64,000 bases of DNA from a virus: the IMG/VR virus record IMGVR_UViG_3300045988_148153, positions 381 to 64,380 of that record; one strand, written 5' to 3'. How positions within the stretch are numbered: position 1 is the first letter of the stretch; every line of letters begins with the position of its first letter. This document shows, piece by piece, positions 9,285 through 18,174 of this stretch. The notes beneath the pieces were generated by a model, which was given only the letters and a program-made list of their open reading frames with translations, made no database searches and was not told the origin of the DNA. Both the position numbers and the translations under genes were made by a program.

Positions 9285-9340
9285 ATCCTCGAAGCCAATA
9301 AAAATGTGTTACAGCGATTAAAAGAGAAAGGAGATTAATT

Positions 9341-9511
9341 ATGGAGCGGGAAAATGATTTTAAGATAAAGAATATTCTTGATTCTTTAGAAGAAAAGGTC
9401 GATAATGGTAAGATGACAATCAGGGAAGCGGCAATTGAATTGTATAAAGCTGGTTGGACTAACTTTATAGATGTCGACGCTACTAAGGTGTTGCTAAAAT
9501 TAGGGGAATAG
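9341..9511 (+). CDS. hypothetical small protein (56 aa, below cutoff)
   Basis: ATG preceded by aaggag. The stop lies 2 nt before the next ATG. Confidence 0.45.
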   Translation: MERENDFKIKNILDSLEEKVDNGKMTIREAAIELYKAGWTNFIDVDATKVLLKLGE

Positions 9512-9513
9512 CT

Positions 9514-9771
9514 ATGGAAGTAAAAAACGGAATAATAATTAATGGTGAGCTTCACGAGGCAATTGGAACAAGTGTTTCAAATATCTCCTGCCGTGCTTGC
9601 TCTTTGTATAATAGATGTGCAGAAACAAACTACTCAATATGTTTTGCCGATTTATTTAGATGTAGTGGTTTTGTCAATCGCGGTAAGGCAACTGTTAGAT
9701 TTTCTCGTGAGACGCCCGAAAATACTGGGAGTATTTATCGTAATGGAGTAAAGATAGAAAAGGAGAAGTAA
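9514..9771 (+). CDS. hypothetical Cys-containing protein
   Basis: 85-aa ORF in the packed + strand series. Confidence 0.5.
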   Translation: MEVKNGIIINGELHEAIGTSVSNISCRACSLYNRCAETNYSICFADLFRCSGFVNRGKATVRFSRETPENTGSIYRNGVKIEKEK

Positions 9772-9773
9772 CC

Positions 9774-10148
9774 ATGACCGAAGAATTTATAATATTTGAA
9801 ACGGCAAAGCTATTGAAAGAAAAGGGCTTTGATTGGAAGTGTGAACGTACGATAGATTGCAATGAAATTATTAGAAAATACGACTATCCGCAAAGTATGT
9901 CATGCTGTACAGAAATAAATGGCGAATTAGTTGAATTTTTGTGTCCAACATTATATGTAGTCCGAAAGTGGCTACGTGAAACCAAGAAGCTACACGTTGA
10001 AGTATCCTATATGCATGGGGATTATTGGATATACGATATACTAACAATACCGAACCATGATTTAGTGGGATTATCCGACAGGCCTTTAGTGCATTATAAA
10101 AGCTATGAGGAAGCACTGGAAGCCGGCATGCAGGGTTCCATGACTTAG
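9774..10148 (+). CDS. hypothetical protein
   Basis: 124-aa ORF that starts 2 nt after the previous stop. Confidence 0.5.
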   Translation: MTEEFIIFETAKLLKEKGFDWKCERTIDCNEIIRKYDYPQSMSCCTEINGELVEFLCPTLYVVRKWLRETKKLHVEVSYMHGDYWIYDILTIPNHDLVGLSDRPLVHYKSYEEALEAGMQGSMT

Positions 10149-10208
10149 GAGCCCAATTAGTCGATTACATAAAGGAACATTGAACATGAAAAGCAATAAG
10201 GATGGATT

Positions 10209-10598
10209 ATGAAACGTGAAATAAAATTCAGAGGGAAAAGTACCAACAATGGCAAATGGGTATATGCCGAACTGCACGCACTTGGCATGGATTTGTTTAA
10301 TGAGTGCGTAAACGAAGATACTATCGGGCAGTTCACGGGATTACGAGATAAGAACGGAACGGAAATTTATGAAGGGGATATTGTCCGTATGAGTTATGTT
10401 GCTGAAATTTGTACCGATGATGACTGCTATGAAGAAGAAGGCAAATATGTTGGAGTTGCTGCGATAACTGCAAACAAAGGTGTCTGTCTTAATCCTTGTG
10501 TAAAAAATGGGCTCTACAATACCAAGTATAAACCGTTGTCCGCTTATAGGAGTGAGGTGATAGGTAATATTTACGATAACCCTGATTTGATAAAATAG
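10209..10598 (+). CDS. YopX-family protein
   Basis: The IKFRGK start and the C-terminal EVIGNIYDNPDL are typical of YopX. Confidence 0.7.
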   Translation: MKREIKFRGKSTNNGKWVYAELHALGMDLFNECVNEDTIGQFTGLRDKNGTEIYEGDIVRMSYVAEICTDDDCYEEEGKYVGVAAITANKGVCLNPCVKNGLYNTKYKPLSAYRSEVIGNIYDNPDLIK

Positions 10599-10606
10599 TA
10601 AAAGTA

Positions 10607-11077
10607 ATGAAAAGAATACCATATAACACTTCTGATTCTGACATTTTTCCCCGTATTGCCAAAGTTGCCAAGAATGGCACTTTTGATGGAATGGAAATGA
10701 CAGACTATTTTGAAAATTGCCGTTGGTTTGTAGAAAGGTACGATTGTATTATAATCTTAACCCGTGATGTTGGGTATCATTCTTCCGGTTGGTGGAAGAA
10801 CCCGGATTATGAGCGGTGCTATCATTTATCCATTTCCTTTCCCAGTGGATTAAACCGCAAAAAGTTGGAATATATTTTGGAAAAGTTCTTTGGTAATAAT
10901 CGCCGTTTATTGTGGTGTGAAGCTCCATACAGTGAACAGGGAAAACGGAATGAAGTATATCATTACCGCTTGTTTTGTGATAAAAATTGGCAACCAATAA
11001 TGCCACGTGGAGAAGTCTATTCCAAACAGTTTACTGAATTGGGATGGAAATCATTTTCCGAATTACATAACCGATAA
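10607..11077 (+). CDS. hypothetical protein
   Basis: 156-aa ORF with no motif I recognise. Confidence 0.5.
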   Translation: MKRIPYNTSDSDIFPRIAKVAKNGTFDGMEMTDYFENCRWFVERYDCIIILTRDVGYHSSGWWKNPDYERCYHLSISFPSGLNRKKLEYILEKFFGNNRRLLWCEAPYSEQGKRNEVYHYRLFCDKNWQPIMPRGEVYSKQFTELGWKSFSELHNR

Positions 11078-11082
11078 TCAAA

Positions 11083-11334
11083 ATGAACAGACTAGAACAC
11101 ATCGCCACAATTGATTACTGCTACTGGCGATTGGGAAAATTGAATGAGGCTCTTTCCAAGCCTAAATCGACTATGGAGCAGTTGGTTGATAAAGCCTGCG
11201 GTTATAATGAAGTAGAAGAAGTGAAAAAGAAAGCTATACCCCTTTTGGAACAGATTATTGAAAGCAAAAAGGCTATCGGTGCAGATTATTCGGGAGATAG
11301 TGAGTTCCTTGATAAATTGAAAAAGAGGCAATGA
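11083..11334 (+). CDS. hypothetical protein
   Basis: 83-aa ORF, the last of the long + strand early block. Confidence 0.5.
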   Translation: MNRLEHIATIDYCYWRLGKLNEALSKPKSTMEQLVDKACGYNEVEEVKKKAIPLLEQIIESKKAIGADYSGDSEFLDKLKKRQ

Positions 11335-11371
11335 ATAAAAAGGGATGCCTGTACATCCCCACAAAACAGCA

Positions 11372-11506
11372 TTACGCCACTTTCTTACTATCTACCAAGA
11401 AAGAAAAGTATTTGGAATGTTTTGGGTAAATCTGCTTACCGTTCCTTATGATATAGCGACAGAAAATACGAGTTTTGCCGTTTTCATCTTGCGTTTTAAC
11501 AGTCAT
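11372..11506 (-). CDS. possible 44-aa basic protein
   Basis: ATG preceded by GGAAAGGAGGTG at 7-nt spacing. Sequence: MTVKTQDENGKTRIFCRYIIRNGKQIYPKHSKYFSFLVDSKKVA. Confidence 0.35.
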   Translation of the reverse strand: MTVKTQDENGKTRIFCRYIIRNGKQIYPKHSKYFSFLVDSKKVA

Positions 11507-11863
11507 ATAATACACCTCCTTTCCGTTTTGCCTACCAACCTGTATTAGCAGGCTTCAAGCTGCACCCTGTAAAGTGCAACTAAAAAAGCCCAAAGCTACA
11601 GGACATTGGGCTTAAATGTCTTTCTCAATGAGAACGGACAAGAAAGGTGACGAATTACAGTTCGTCGGATTGGAGGTGTTATACTCCTGTTAAAACGCGG
11701 TACAAATATAAGCTTTAACCTAATAACGGGTAACTTTATTAACGATTTTAATAGTCAGATTAACACATGAGCAAACTTTATAAATTCACCCTATTCGGGA
11801 AGCCAGTCCTAATCGGATGGTTCTCCCATGCAGATAAATGGTATCATAATTTAGTATAATATA

Positions 11864-12067
11864 TTGAACATGAAAAACAAAATCATAGCGAGCGTTATAG
11901 CAGCACTGTTCCTGCCTATGCTTATTTCCCTACATTGGGCTGTCACCCGGTTTTTGTCGGTTAGAATTGTATTATCAATCGCAATGATGGTCGCCATAAT
12001 TGTTGTGACATACAAGCTTTCCAAACTTTTACTTGACGAATATTCTGAAAAGCGTAAAAGACCATGA
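11864..12067 (+). CDS. small membrane protein (2 TM)
   Basis: 67-aa ORF with two hydrophobic helices. ATGA overlap with the next gene. Confidence 0.5.
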   Translation: MNMKNKIIASVIAALFLPMLISLHWAVTRFLSVRIVLSIAMMVAIIVVTYKLSKLLLDEYSEKRKRP

Positions 12068-12456
12068 GAAAAGCAGACAGAATAATCAGAGACAGACATT
12101 CCCGCATCCCGGACAAATACAAGAAGATTGACACTACGGTCAACGGGAATGCGGAAAGCCTTGCCGAACAACACAAGGAAGTGGAAAGAAGGCTGTTTCC
12201 TCTACGCCTTAACAAGACTACCGTTATCTATGTCACAACAGACAAGCAAAACGAAACATATGCTGCGAAAGCACGTAAACGGATGGGGATAGCAGAGCCT
12301 AAGAAAACGTTTGTAGACCCGCTTTCGGAAGAGAACATTACCAAGTTGTACAAGGAAGAAAACATACCACCCCGCAGAATGGCAGAAATGCTGAATGTAA
12401 GTGTAAGAACGATATATCTAAGGTTGGCTAAGTATGGACTTACAAAAGTGAAATGA
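12064..12456 (+). CDS. HTH DNA-binding protein (possible regulator)
   Basis: The C-terminal PPRRMAEMLNVSVRTIYLRLAKYGL is a helix-turn-helix. Confidence 0.55.
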   Translation: MRKADRIIRDRHSRIPDKYKKIDTTVNGNAESLAEQHKEVERRLFPLRLNKTTVIYVTTDKQNETYAAKARKRMGIAEPKKTFVDPLSEENITKLYKEENIPPRRMAEMLNVSVRTIYLRLAKYGLTKVK

Positions 12457-12608
12457 AGATAGCAAGTTTATAAACACAACGATATAACCCTTGCCAAAAC
12501 AGCAAGCGGTATTACCCAATGGACAGCCCGTTCAAGGCGTTCTAAACGTTCCATTGGATAACCCGGAAAAGGCGGCAATAGTCCATATAAAGGACATTGT
12601 CCGCCAAT

Positions 12609-12788
12609 TCAAGCAGTTCGTCTATGTAATCCCTTTTTCGCATCACGTTCAAGTTTTCTACGTTGTTTACGATTTATGCCGTTTGCTGCGGCGAGACTAT
12701 TCAGTGTCTCCTTCTGTTCGGGAGAAAGCATGCTATATACTTCTTCCCGTGATTTGCCTGATAAGATGGCTTGTACTATTTCCCACAT
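12609..12788 (-). CDS. possible 59-aa protein
   Basis: ATG overlaps the end of the upstream minus-strand ORF. MWEIVQAILSGKSREEVYSMLSPEQKETLNSLAAANGINRKQRRKLERDAKKG... looks protein-like. Confidence 0.35.
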   Translation of the reverse strand: MWEIVQAILSGKSREEVYSMLSPEQKETLNSLAAANGINRKQRRKLERDAKKGLHRRTA

Positions 12789-13072
12789 AAGCTACGTCTG
12801 CAATGTTCACACAAAAATTTCTTTGCTACCGGAAACATCTTCTGCCCCACATACCCACTAAGATACTGTGCCTCTTCCCCGTACGGGTCGATGCCAAATG
12901 CACGTGAGATATGCCGGCATAGATGCCCCTTTTCATGGTCGAAAGAGTTCTGAAACTCTTCCGGCGAAGAAGTAAGAGCAATAACCATTACGGTCTCTCT
13001 GTTCCGGATATTGGAATAGGTGATGCCTGTGTTCAGATTACATGCGCGCATGTTCTTATAGGCATTCACCAA
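12776..13072 (-). CDS. hypothetical protein with HEKGH (HExxH) motif
   Basis: 98-aa ORF with a TTG/GTG start. An upstream 27-codon ATG ORF in another frame suggests the locus may be degraded. Confidence 0.35.
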   Translation of the reverse strand: MVNAYKNMRACNLNTGITYSNIRNRETVMVIALTSSPEEFQNSFDHEKGHLCRHISRAFGIDPYGEEAQYLSGYVGQKMFPVAKKFLCEHCRRSLCGK

Positions 13073-13215
13073 ATCATTCGATTGACTGGAATTTCCGTCT
13101 CCTGCGAGACGAGATTGATTGTTTCGGCAAAGATTTCTGATTTACACATAGTTTTTCTGAATTTTATATTTATCTTTGCCCTGCCACATAAAATATTTGA
13201 TTCTATACGAACAAA

Positions 13216-13274
13216 GCACAAGATACCGTGTTGAAGATATTTAAGCCTCCAACGTGCGGTATCTTATGCTTTTT
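13216..13274 (+). terminator. rho-independent terminator at the junction of convergent early (+) and late (-) blocks
   Basis: 13-bp stem GCACAAGATACCG/CGGTATCTTATGC with one mismatch, followed by TTTTT. It is nested in an outer GCCACATAAAA/TTTTATGTGGC pairing. Confidence 0.5.
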
Positions 13275-13382
13275 CAAATTTTTATGTGGCAATAATTATT
13301 TGAACGTTGGGGGCTTTCTTTCCACTCTAAGCCCCCGAAAGAGCGCCAGCTTAAGCCGACTTCTACATCGTTAATTTCTTTC

Positions 13383-13844
13383 TTACCATACGAATAGATT
13401 ATAACTTATTCCTACACCTACATACAAACCACCCGGATACCCATACCCAGCCTGCAACCCTAATCCCCAACGCTTCTTCTTCGGTTTGATAGCGACCGGA
13501 TGATAGATGTCGTTCGTCACAGTCTGATAAACCGTCTTCGGATATACAGTCATACTATCCAACCGAGGGTCTACATATCCGCTCACCACCGCACGATACA
13601 GACTATCTTCATACACAACCCGTTTGCGATGAAGCAAGGTATCACCTATCCGTATAGTATCATTCGGCAATATCTGCCAAAAAACGGCTATCGGTGCAGA
13701 GATAAGAACCGTATCAAGTTTGACAACTGTCTGTATCTTCGTCTCGGTACGGATTTCCGTCGATTGCTGTTCGAGAGGACGGAACCAAGCCGCTACACAA
13801 GCGATTACCAGCAATACAACTAATATCCACGGTAACTTTCTCAT
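13383..13844 (-). CDS. membrane-anchored protein with Gly/Tyr-rich C-terminus
   Basis: The ATG at 13844 forms an ATGA overlap with the upstream gene. N-terminal TM segment LPWILVVLLVIACVAAW and C-terminal GLGLQAGYGYPGGLYVGVGISY. Confidence 0.55.
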   Translation of the reverse strand: MRKLPWILVVLLVIACVAAWFRPLEQQSTEIRTETKIQTVVKLDTVLISAPIAVFWQILPNDTIRIGDTLLHRKRVVYEDSLYRAVVSGYVDPRLDSMTVYPKTVYQTVTNDIYHPVAIKPKKKRWGLGLQAGYGYPGGLYVGVGISYNLFVW

Positions 13845-15229
13845 ATCTTTTTCCAATTATCCTTTAACCAAGTGATTTCACCTTCGGTAAAGCTGCGGTT
13901 GGCGATGATGATTTTGCCATGGCAGCCGATATACTCTCCTTTCAACTGTCCACCTATAAGCAATATATCGCCATCTGATGAAGTGCCCACACCAATAATT
14001 TTTCCGTTATAAGATTGCTTTGTCTGGTAAGTTATACCACTCTTACCTATTAAATCATCAATGTTAGTGCTTTTTGAAAATGAAAATGTTTCACTACCTA
14101 ATGAGGCGTTGATTTTCTCAAAAACAAATGCACAATTAGGCCAAATATTACCTTTAGTAATAAATACTCGATTGCCCTCATTCTCAAACCACGTCCTATC
14201 CGCCATCACCGTGTAATCTTCCAATATAGGGAAACCGTAGCAGACGGCGTACATAGTGCCGTCGTAGCAGAGCTGGTTGGGGTAGTCAGGGAGTTGAGTA
14301 AAGCAAACATTATCTTGACAAAGGTCATTACAGACAATACCAACTCCAGTATTAGTTTCTACACTATAACTCATTGGCAATTCATAGATGCCGTCTTCAT
14401 TTATAGCAATATCTACACCTCTATTCCCATTTTCATCATACCAACGATAAGTAAAATTATCATTAACTATTCCTTTTACTTCTACTTTAAAAGCTGGAAT
14501 ATCACTAAGGCTGGTGAACTGAAATAACCAACCTGCTGGATGTCCTGCTAATGAACAAATTTTATCATCTTGTCTTTCTGTATATGGTAAATATGCTGAA
14601 TTAATACGTAAGTCAGAAAGAAAGTCAAATTTATACACTCCCATTCCGCTATTCAGCTTCCCCTTACCACCATACAAATAGGCGTGGTTGCCGTTGCCGC
14701 TAAAATCTTTTAGGATTGACGTAGGGAGCTGGGTGATGGTGATATTACATTCACCTACGAAATTGGTATATATGCCATAGCTTTTTAAACCTTCTTCCCA
14801 TTCAAGTGTATATACACCATCCTTATCGGCTTCTAAAATGAGTTCTCCATAATCAAACCCAAACTTAACGTGCTGCCCTTCTTGCAATCCTCTAATTAAA
14901 ACCTTAAAATCATAGGGCTTTATAGGAGAATATATAAGCGCGGTTTTTTGTGATACATTTGTAAGGGCTAATGAATTAGAAGTTAGAGAGCCTGTATATT
15001 TTTCCGGGGAATTATTCCATTTCTTAAAGTCTTCCGTGTATGCTTCAATCACATCATAGTTAGTCATACCTTGCGAAGCAGGGTCATAGATAGCCTTGAT
15101 TGATTCTTTTAAATCTTTCGGCCATACAAGGCCACCGCCCGAAGCAGAGGGGAAACCGACAGACGGTATCCCGATAGTAGGCAAGCCGATTACGGGGATA
15201 GTGATGTTGGGGATAGTGATTGGGTTCAT
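13841..15229 (-). CDS. putative tail fibre / receptor-binding protein
   Basis: 462-aa ORF in the distal tail region with an Ile/Pro-rich N-terminus. The call rests on position only. Confidence 0.45.
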   Translation of the reverse strand: MNPITIPNITIPVIGLPTIGIPSVGFPSASGGGLVWPKDLKESIKAIYDPASQGMTNYDVIEAYTEDFKKWNNSPEKYTGSLTSNSLALTNVSQKTALIYSPIKPYDFKVLIRGLQEGQHVKFGFDYGELILEADKDGVYTLEWEEGLKSYGIYTNFVGECNITITQLPTSILKDFSGNGNHAYLYGGKGKLNSGMGVYKFDFLSDLRINSAYLPYTERQDDKICSLAGHPAGWLFQFTSLSDIPAFKVEVKGIVNDNFTYRWYDENGNRGVDIAINEDGIYELPMSYSVETNTGVGIVCNDLCQDNVCFTQLPDYPNQLCYDGTMYAVCYGFPILEDYTVMADRTWFENEGNRVFITKGNIWPNCAFVFEKINASLGSETFSFSKSTNIDDLIGKSGITYQTKQSYNGKIIGVGTSSDGDILLIGGQLKGEYIGCHGKIIIANRSFTEGEITWLKDNWKKI

Positions 15230-15232
15230 AGG

Positions 15233-15523
15233 CTATTCCTCTTTAATCATCTTAGCTTCTAATACTTCGGTAGCACTTCTGATTGTAATGTTTATACCAT
15301 TCGCTATCCCTACGATACGAAATATTACATTAGGCGCACCGCTATTCTGGGATGCATTGGGGTAAAGAGGAACAGGCTCCAAATCATCGATTCCCGCAAA
15401 GGCGGTAACTAAGCCGCCCTTATTCTTTATCTGTATGGTAACGGGATTGCCGTCGCTGACAAATGTTGCGTAATATGCGTTCTCGTTTTCGTTCTTTTCA
15501 AATGATAAAATTTCTGCTGCCAT
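15233..15523 (-). CDS. hypothetical protein
   Basis: 96-aa ORF between the endolysin and the tail fibre gene. Confidence 0.5.
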   Translation of the reverse strand: MAAEILSFEKNENENAYYATFVSDGNPVTIQIKNKGGLVTAFAGIDDLEPVPLYPNASQNSGAPNVIFRIVGIANGINITIRSATEVLEAKMIKEE

Positions 15524-15535
15524 GATGTTTACTTT

Positions 15536-16990
15536 TTAGAGTTTCAATACTTGGTTCCTGTTGCCTTCCCTTCGGTGGCTGACGTGTACCCATGAGAAGT
15601 TTTCCTCATCAATGACCTGGTCGAAGGGAAGCTTCAATTCTTGTATAAGATTGAACAGCCTTTTGTTCTCTTTCGGGGTATTCGGAGTACCGACAATATC
15701 AGCAGCACATCCATTGCAATTTCCTTGTATAGAGACCTTCCCGTTTCTCCTTACTATCACGGTTGTGTTTACGTTATTTGCGCACCACACAATACCATCA
15801 TAATCGACCCATTGATAATCTGTTTCTTTCAGTCTTGTTTCGCTACGGTTATCGCAAATACTAAACATGTAAGCCTCCTTGCTCGTTCCGCATTTGCCTT
15901 TTATCACATATTTGCTTTGGGACTTTACACTACACACGCTTCGCATACCGCTTAACACACACATACCATGAATCGTGTCTCTGTTTTTATCCGAAACCGT
16001 AGTTATAGAAAAATTAGCGTTACCCTCTCGTTCATCTCTATGTCCATCAAAAAATGCGTATTCATATAACAGTTCCTTCTGCTGCCATCCTGGCAACAAC
16101 CAAAGCCACCTCGGAAGTATTTTATCCTCACCAACCATTTCAAATATGGGTTTCGAATCGGTTGAGTTAATCCAAAAAGTCAAAGCTCCGTCTTTTCTAA
16201 GCTTTGTCTTTATCGGGATGTTAATCTTATTTAGAAGCTCTGCAACACGTGTGATTTTACGCTCTTTTTTAAGATTAAACCCAATACCATGAAAACGCCT
16301 ATTTCTAATATGTAAAAAACCATCAGACACAATAGCCATCACAAGCCTTAACATATCCATGCTGTCAGCCATGTCAATAACACCCGGTGAATTGGAGGCG
16401 CACATAAACCATCTTCTTTTCCCAAAAATATCTTTGGCAAGTTCTATGTGGTATTTATCGTTGTTTGTTTTTAAAGAATCAAAATAAGCTTGCCCATTTT
16501 GGGTAATGCTTTTTGTATTTTTCTTGATGTATTTATGCGAGTCGTATCTTATAAACATTCTATGTCCATCGGTAACGCAAATATCAGCTATCTGATTATG
16601 TACGCGCATCATTTTCCCTGTATGTCGGTACATAATGAGTTCTGCAATAGGAACTACCTCGACTCTATTTCTATCCATTGAATAAGAAAATATAGTTTCC
16701 CCTTCACTTAACTCATAGTATTTTTTCCATCCATCAGTGGTCAGAAGCTCCGTTTCTTCATCAAAGCAATGGTCGCTTGTTTTAGAGCCGCCTACCGCCT
16801 TATTCAAAGCAGGACAACGGTATCCGCTTGTTACTGTGATAGGCTTGCCGTAAGCCTCTCTTAACGGGTCGAGAACATTGTCAACCAACGCTTGTGCATT
16901 GGGGAGCAGTTCTTTCGGCAGTCTGTTATCTATAGCTTTCTTATCAGCCGTTTCGCTTTTAATCAGTTCTGCAATTGTAAAGTATCTCAT
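15536..16990 (-). CDS. peptidase M15 (L-Ala-D-Glu / D-Ala-D-Ala type) endolysin interrupted by an intein
   Basis: The exteins YFTIAELIKSETA...ITVTSGYRCPALNKAVGGSKTSDH and CNGCAADIVG...FSWVHVSH rebuild the M15 SxHxxGxAAD...WVHVS pattern. Start set at the ATG at 16990, just after the stop of the upstream 2-TM ORF. Confidence 0.85.
   Translation of the reverse strand: MRYFTIAELIKSETADKKAIDNRLPKELLPNAQALVDNVLDPLREAYGKPITVTSGYRCPALNKAVGGSKTSDHCFDEETELLTTDGWKKYYELSEGETIFSYSMDRNRVEVVPIAELIMYRHTGKMMRVHNQIADICVTDGHRMFIRYDSHKYIKKNTKSITQNGQAYFDSLKTNNDKYHIELAKDIFGKRRWFMCASNSPGVIDMADSMDMLRLVMAIVSDGFLHIRNRRFHGIGFNLKKERKITRVAELLNKINIPIKTKLRKDGALTFWINSTDSKPIFEMVGEDKILPRWLWLLPGWQQKELLYEYAFFDGHRDEREGNANFSITTVSDKNRDTIHGMCVLSGMRSVCSVKSQSKYVIKGKCGTSKEAYMFSICDNRSETRLKETDYQWVDYDGIVWCANNVNTTVIVRRNGKVSIQGNCNGCAADIVGTPNTPKENKRLFNLIQELKLPFDQVIDEENFSWVHVSHRREGNRNQVLKL
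15719..16768 (-). mobile_element. intein with LAGLIDADG homing-endonuclease domain (350 aa)
   Basis: It starts with CFDEETELLTTDGW (block A) and contains VTDGHRMF (block B). LAGLIDADG-like motifs are LVMAIVSDGFL and YEYAFFDGHRD. It ends ...VSIQGN and is followed by Cys+1. Codons at both junctions were checked by hand. Confidence 0.85.
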
Positions 16991-16991
16991 A

Positions 16992-17171
16992 TTATTTCTC
17001 CTTTCTAAAGTATTTGTCATAAACCACACGAGCCACCCAGCCGACAACAGCGCCGACACCGAATGACACAACAGTAGTCAAGTTTACCCAAAACGGAGTG
17101 TAGTGCATGTAAAGCATTACTCCCACGATGATAGCGATAACAATCGCTGCGATAATCAATTTCTTTTTCAT
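16992..17171 (-). CDS. 59-aa two-TM peptide of the lysis cassette (holin/antiholin or spanin-like)
   Basis: ATG ORF MKKKLIIAAIVIAIIVGVMLYMHYTPFWVNLTTVVSFGVGAVVGWVARVVYDKYFRKEK, lying between the holin and endolysin genes. It is below the track cutoff. Confidence 0.55.
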   Translation of the reverse strand: MKKKLIIAAIVIAIIVGVMLYMHYTPFWVNLTTVVSFGVGAVVGWVARVVYDKYFRKEK

Positions 17172-17175
17172 TTTG

Positions 17176-17634
17176 TTACTCCTTATCTTTAGTTATTATT
17201 TCACTCACATCTTCTTTCTCAACATCGAGTACTTTTTTACCGAATAGTCCTAATGCTTTTAGTAAGTTGAAATTATATCCTTTGGGCTTTAGAATGTTAC
17301 TTATAATAGAGCAGAACTCTATAAAGCAGACAAACAGGCATGAATACACATCAATATTCCACTTGCTCCCGGAAGCGATGTTTATCATCACCACCATACA
17401 TACAAAAGCGAAGTAAGTCACCATCTTACCCATAGTCCTGCGGATAGCACTGGAAAAGCGCGCTTCTTCGCCCATCAACAGGCTTTTCCTCACTCCAAAT
17501 GCTAAGTCACACACTACGACTGAAAATGTCACTATCAGCCACGGTATCATGTGTTCCAATGACTGCATAATAAAGCTACTCGCTATTACCGAAAATCCCC
17601 CAGGTATGCTTTGGGTAATAATGTTATTCTGCAT
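17176..17634 (-). CDS. holin-family membrane protein
   Basis: It has multiple TM helices. VVVCDLAFGVRKSLLMGEEARFSSAIRRTMGKM resembles the D..tG..kA....S....K pattern of toxin-secretion/phage-lysis holins. It lies upstream of the endolysin. Confidence 0.65.
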   Translation of the reverse strand: MQNNIITQSIPGGFSVIASSFIMQSLEHMIPWLIVTFSVVVCDLAFGVRKSLLMGEEARFSSAIRRTMGKMVTYFAFVCMVVMINIASGSKWNIDVYSCLFVCFIEFCSIISNILKPKGYNFNLLKALGLFGKKVLDVEKEDVSEIITKDKE

Positions 17635-17733
17635 CTTATCGTTACTTTTACAATTATCCGTATCTTTGTGCCGTTCACAGCGGTATGTAATTACCGCTAT
17701 TCCCGTTTTGCTCGTGAGAGTAGGACGGGATTT

Positions 17734-18174
17734 TTATATCTTGCCGTAATAGTGGAACCACGCTCCCCACTTCCGCTCTTTCAGATAGTTCGGATTGCCC
17801 TGATTCAGTTTGGCTTCCATCTCAAATGCGCTCGCTCGATAGGCGTTATTGTTTACCTTGCCGCCGCCTATCCGTTCGTCCGTAAACAGATGGTACACGA
17901 AGCTCACAAACCATTCCGCCAAATACAGAATGTAATAGAATAGCGGGATAAGGAGCAACCACCATGCGCTGACATAGAATGACAATAATACGGACGGGAT
18001 AGCCGCTATCTCCATGCACTCGAAGAACTGTTTTTGATGGGTTTTCTCATGGCGAAACACGGTTTCTGATAACACGTTAAATTTGGTTAGGATGAAGCCG
18101 AAGAACATTATCGTGTGATAGCTGCCAAAGAGTATCAATTTGGCTAACTTGCTGTTGTAATAGATTGTTTTCAT
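17734..18174 (-). CDS. membrane protein with zincin-like HExxH...ExEA signature
   Basis: FRHEKTHQKQ, then two TM helices, then SAFEMEAKL. Confidence 0.5.
   Translation of the reverse strand: MKTIYYNSKLAKLILFGSYHTIMFFGFILTKFNVLSETVFRHEKTHQKQFFECMEIAAIPSVLLSFYVSAWWLLLIPLFYYILYLAEWFVSFVYHLFTDERIGGGKVNNNAYRASAFEMEAKLNQGNPNYLKERKWGAWFHYYGKI

Noticed and set aside
11345-11548. Plus-strand 67-aa ORF after the early block.
   Set aside because: It is antisense to the SD-preceded 44-aa micro-ORF and runs through hairpin-rich sequence. Its peptide is hydrophobic and low-complexity, typical of a shadow frame.
12491-12790. Plus-strand 99-aa ORF (and 12676..12861, 12771..12953, 12923..13234).
   Set aside because: Their composition is unlike proteins, some have non-ATG starts, and they lie antisense to better minus-strand ORFs. 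The region lies after the + strand block's last credible gene.
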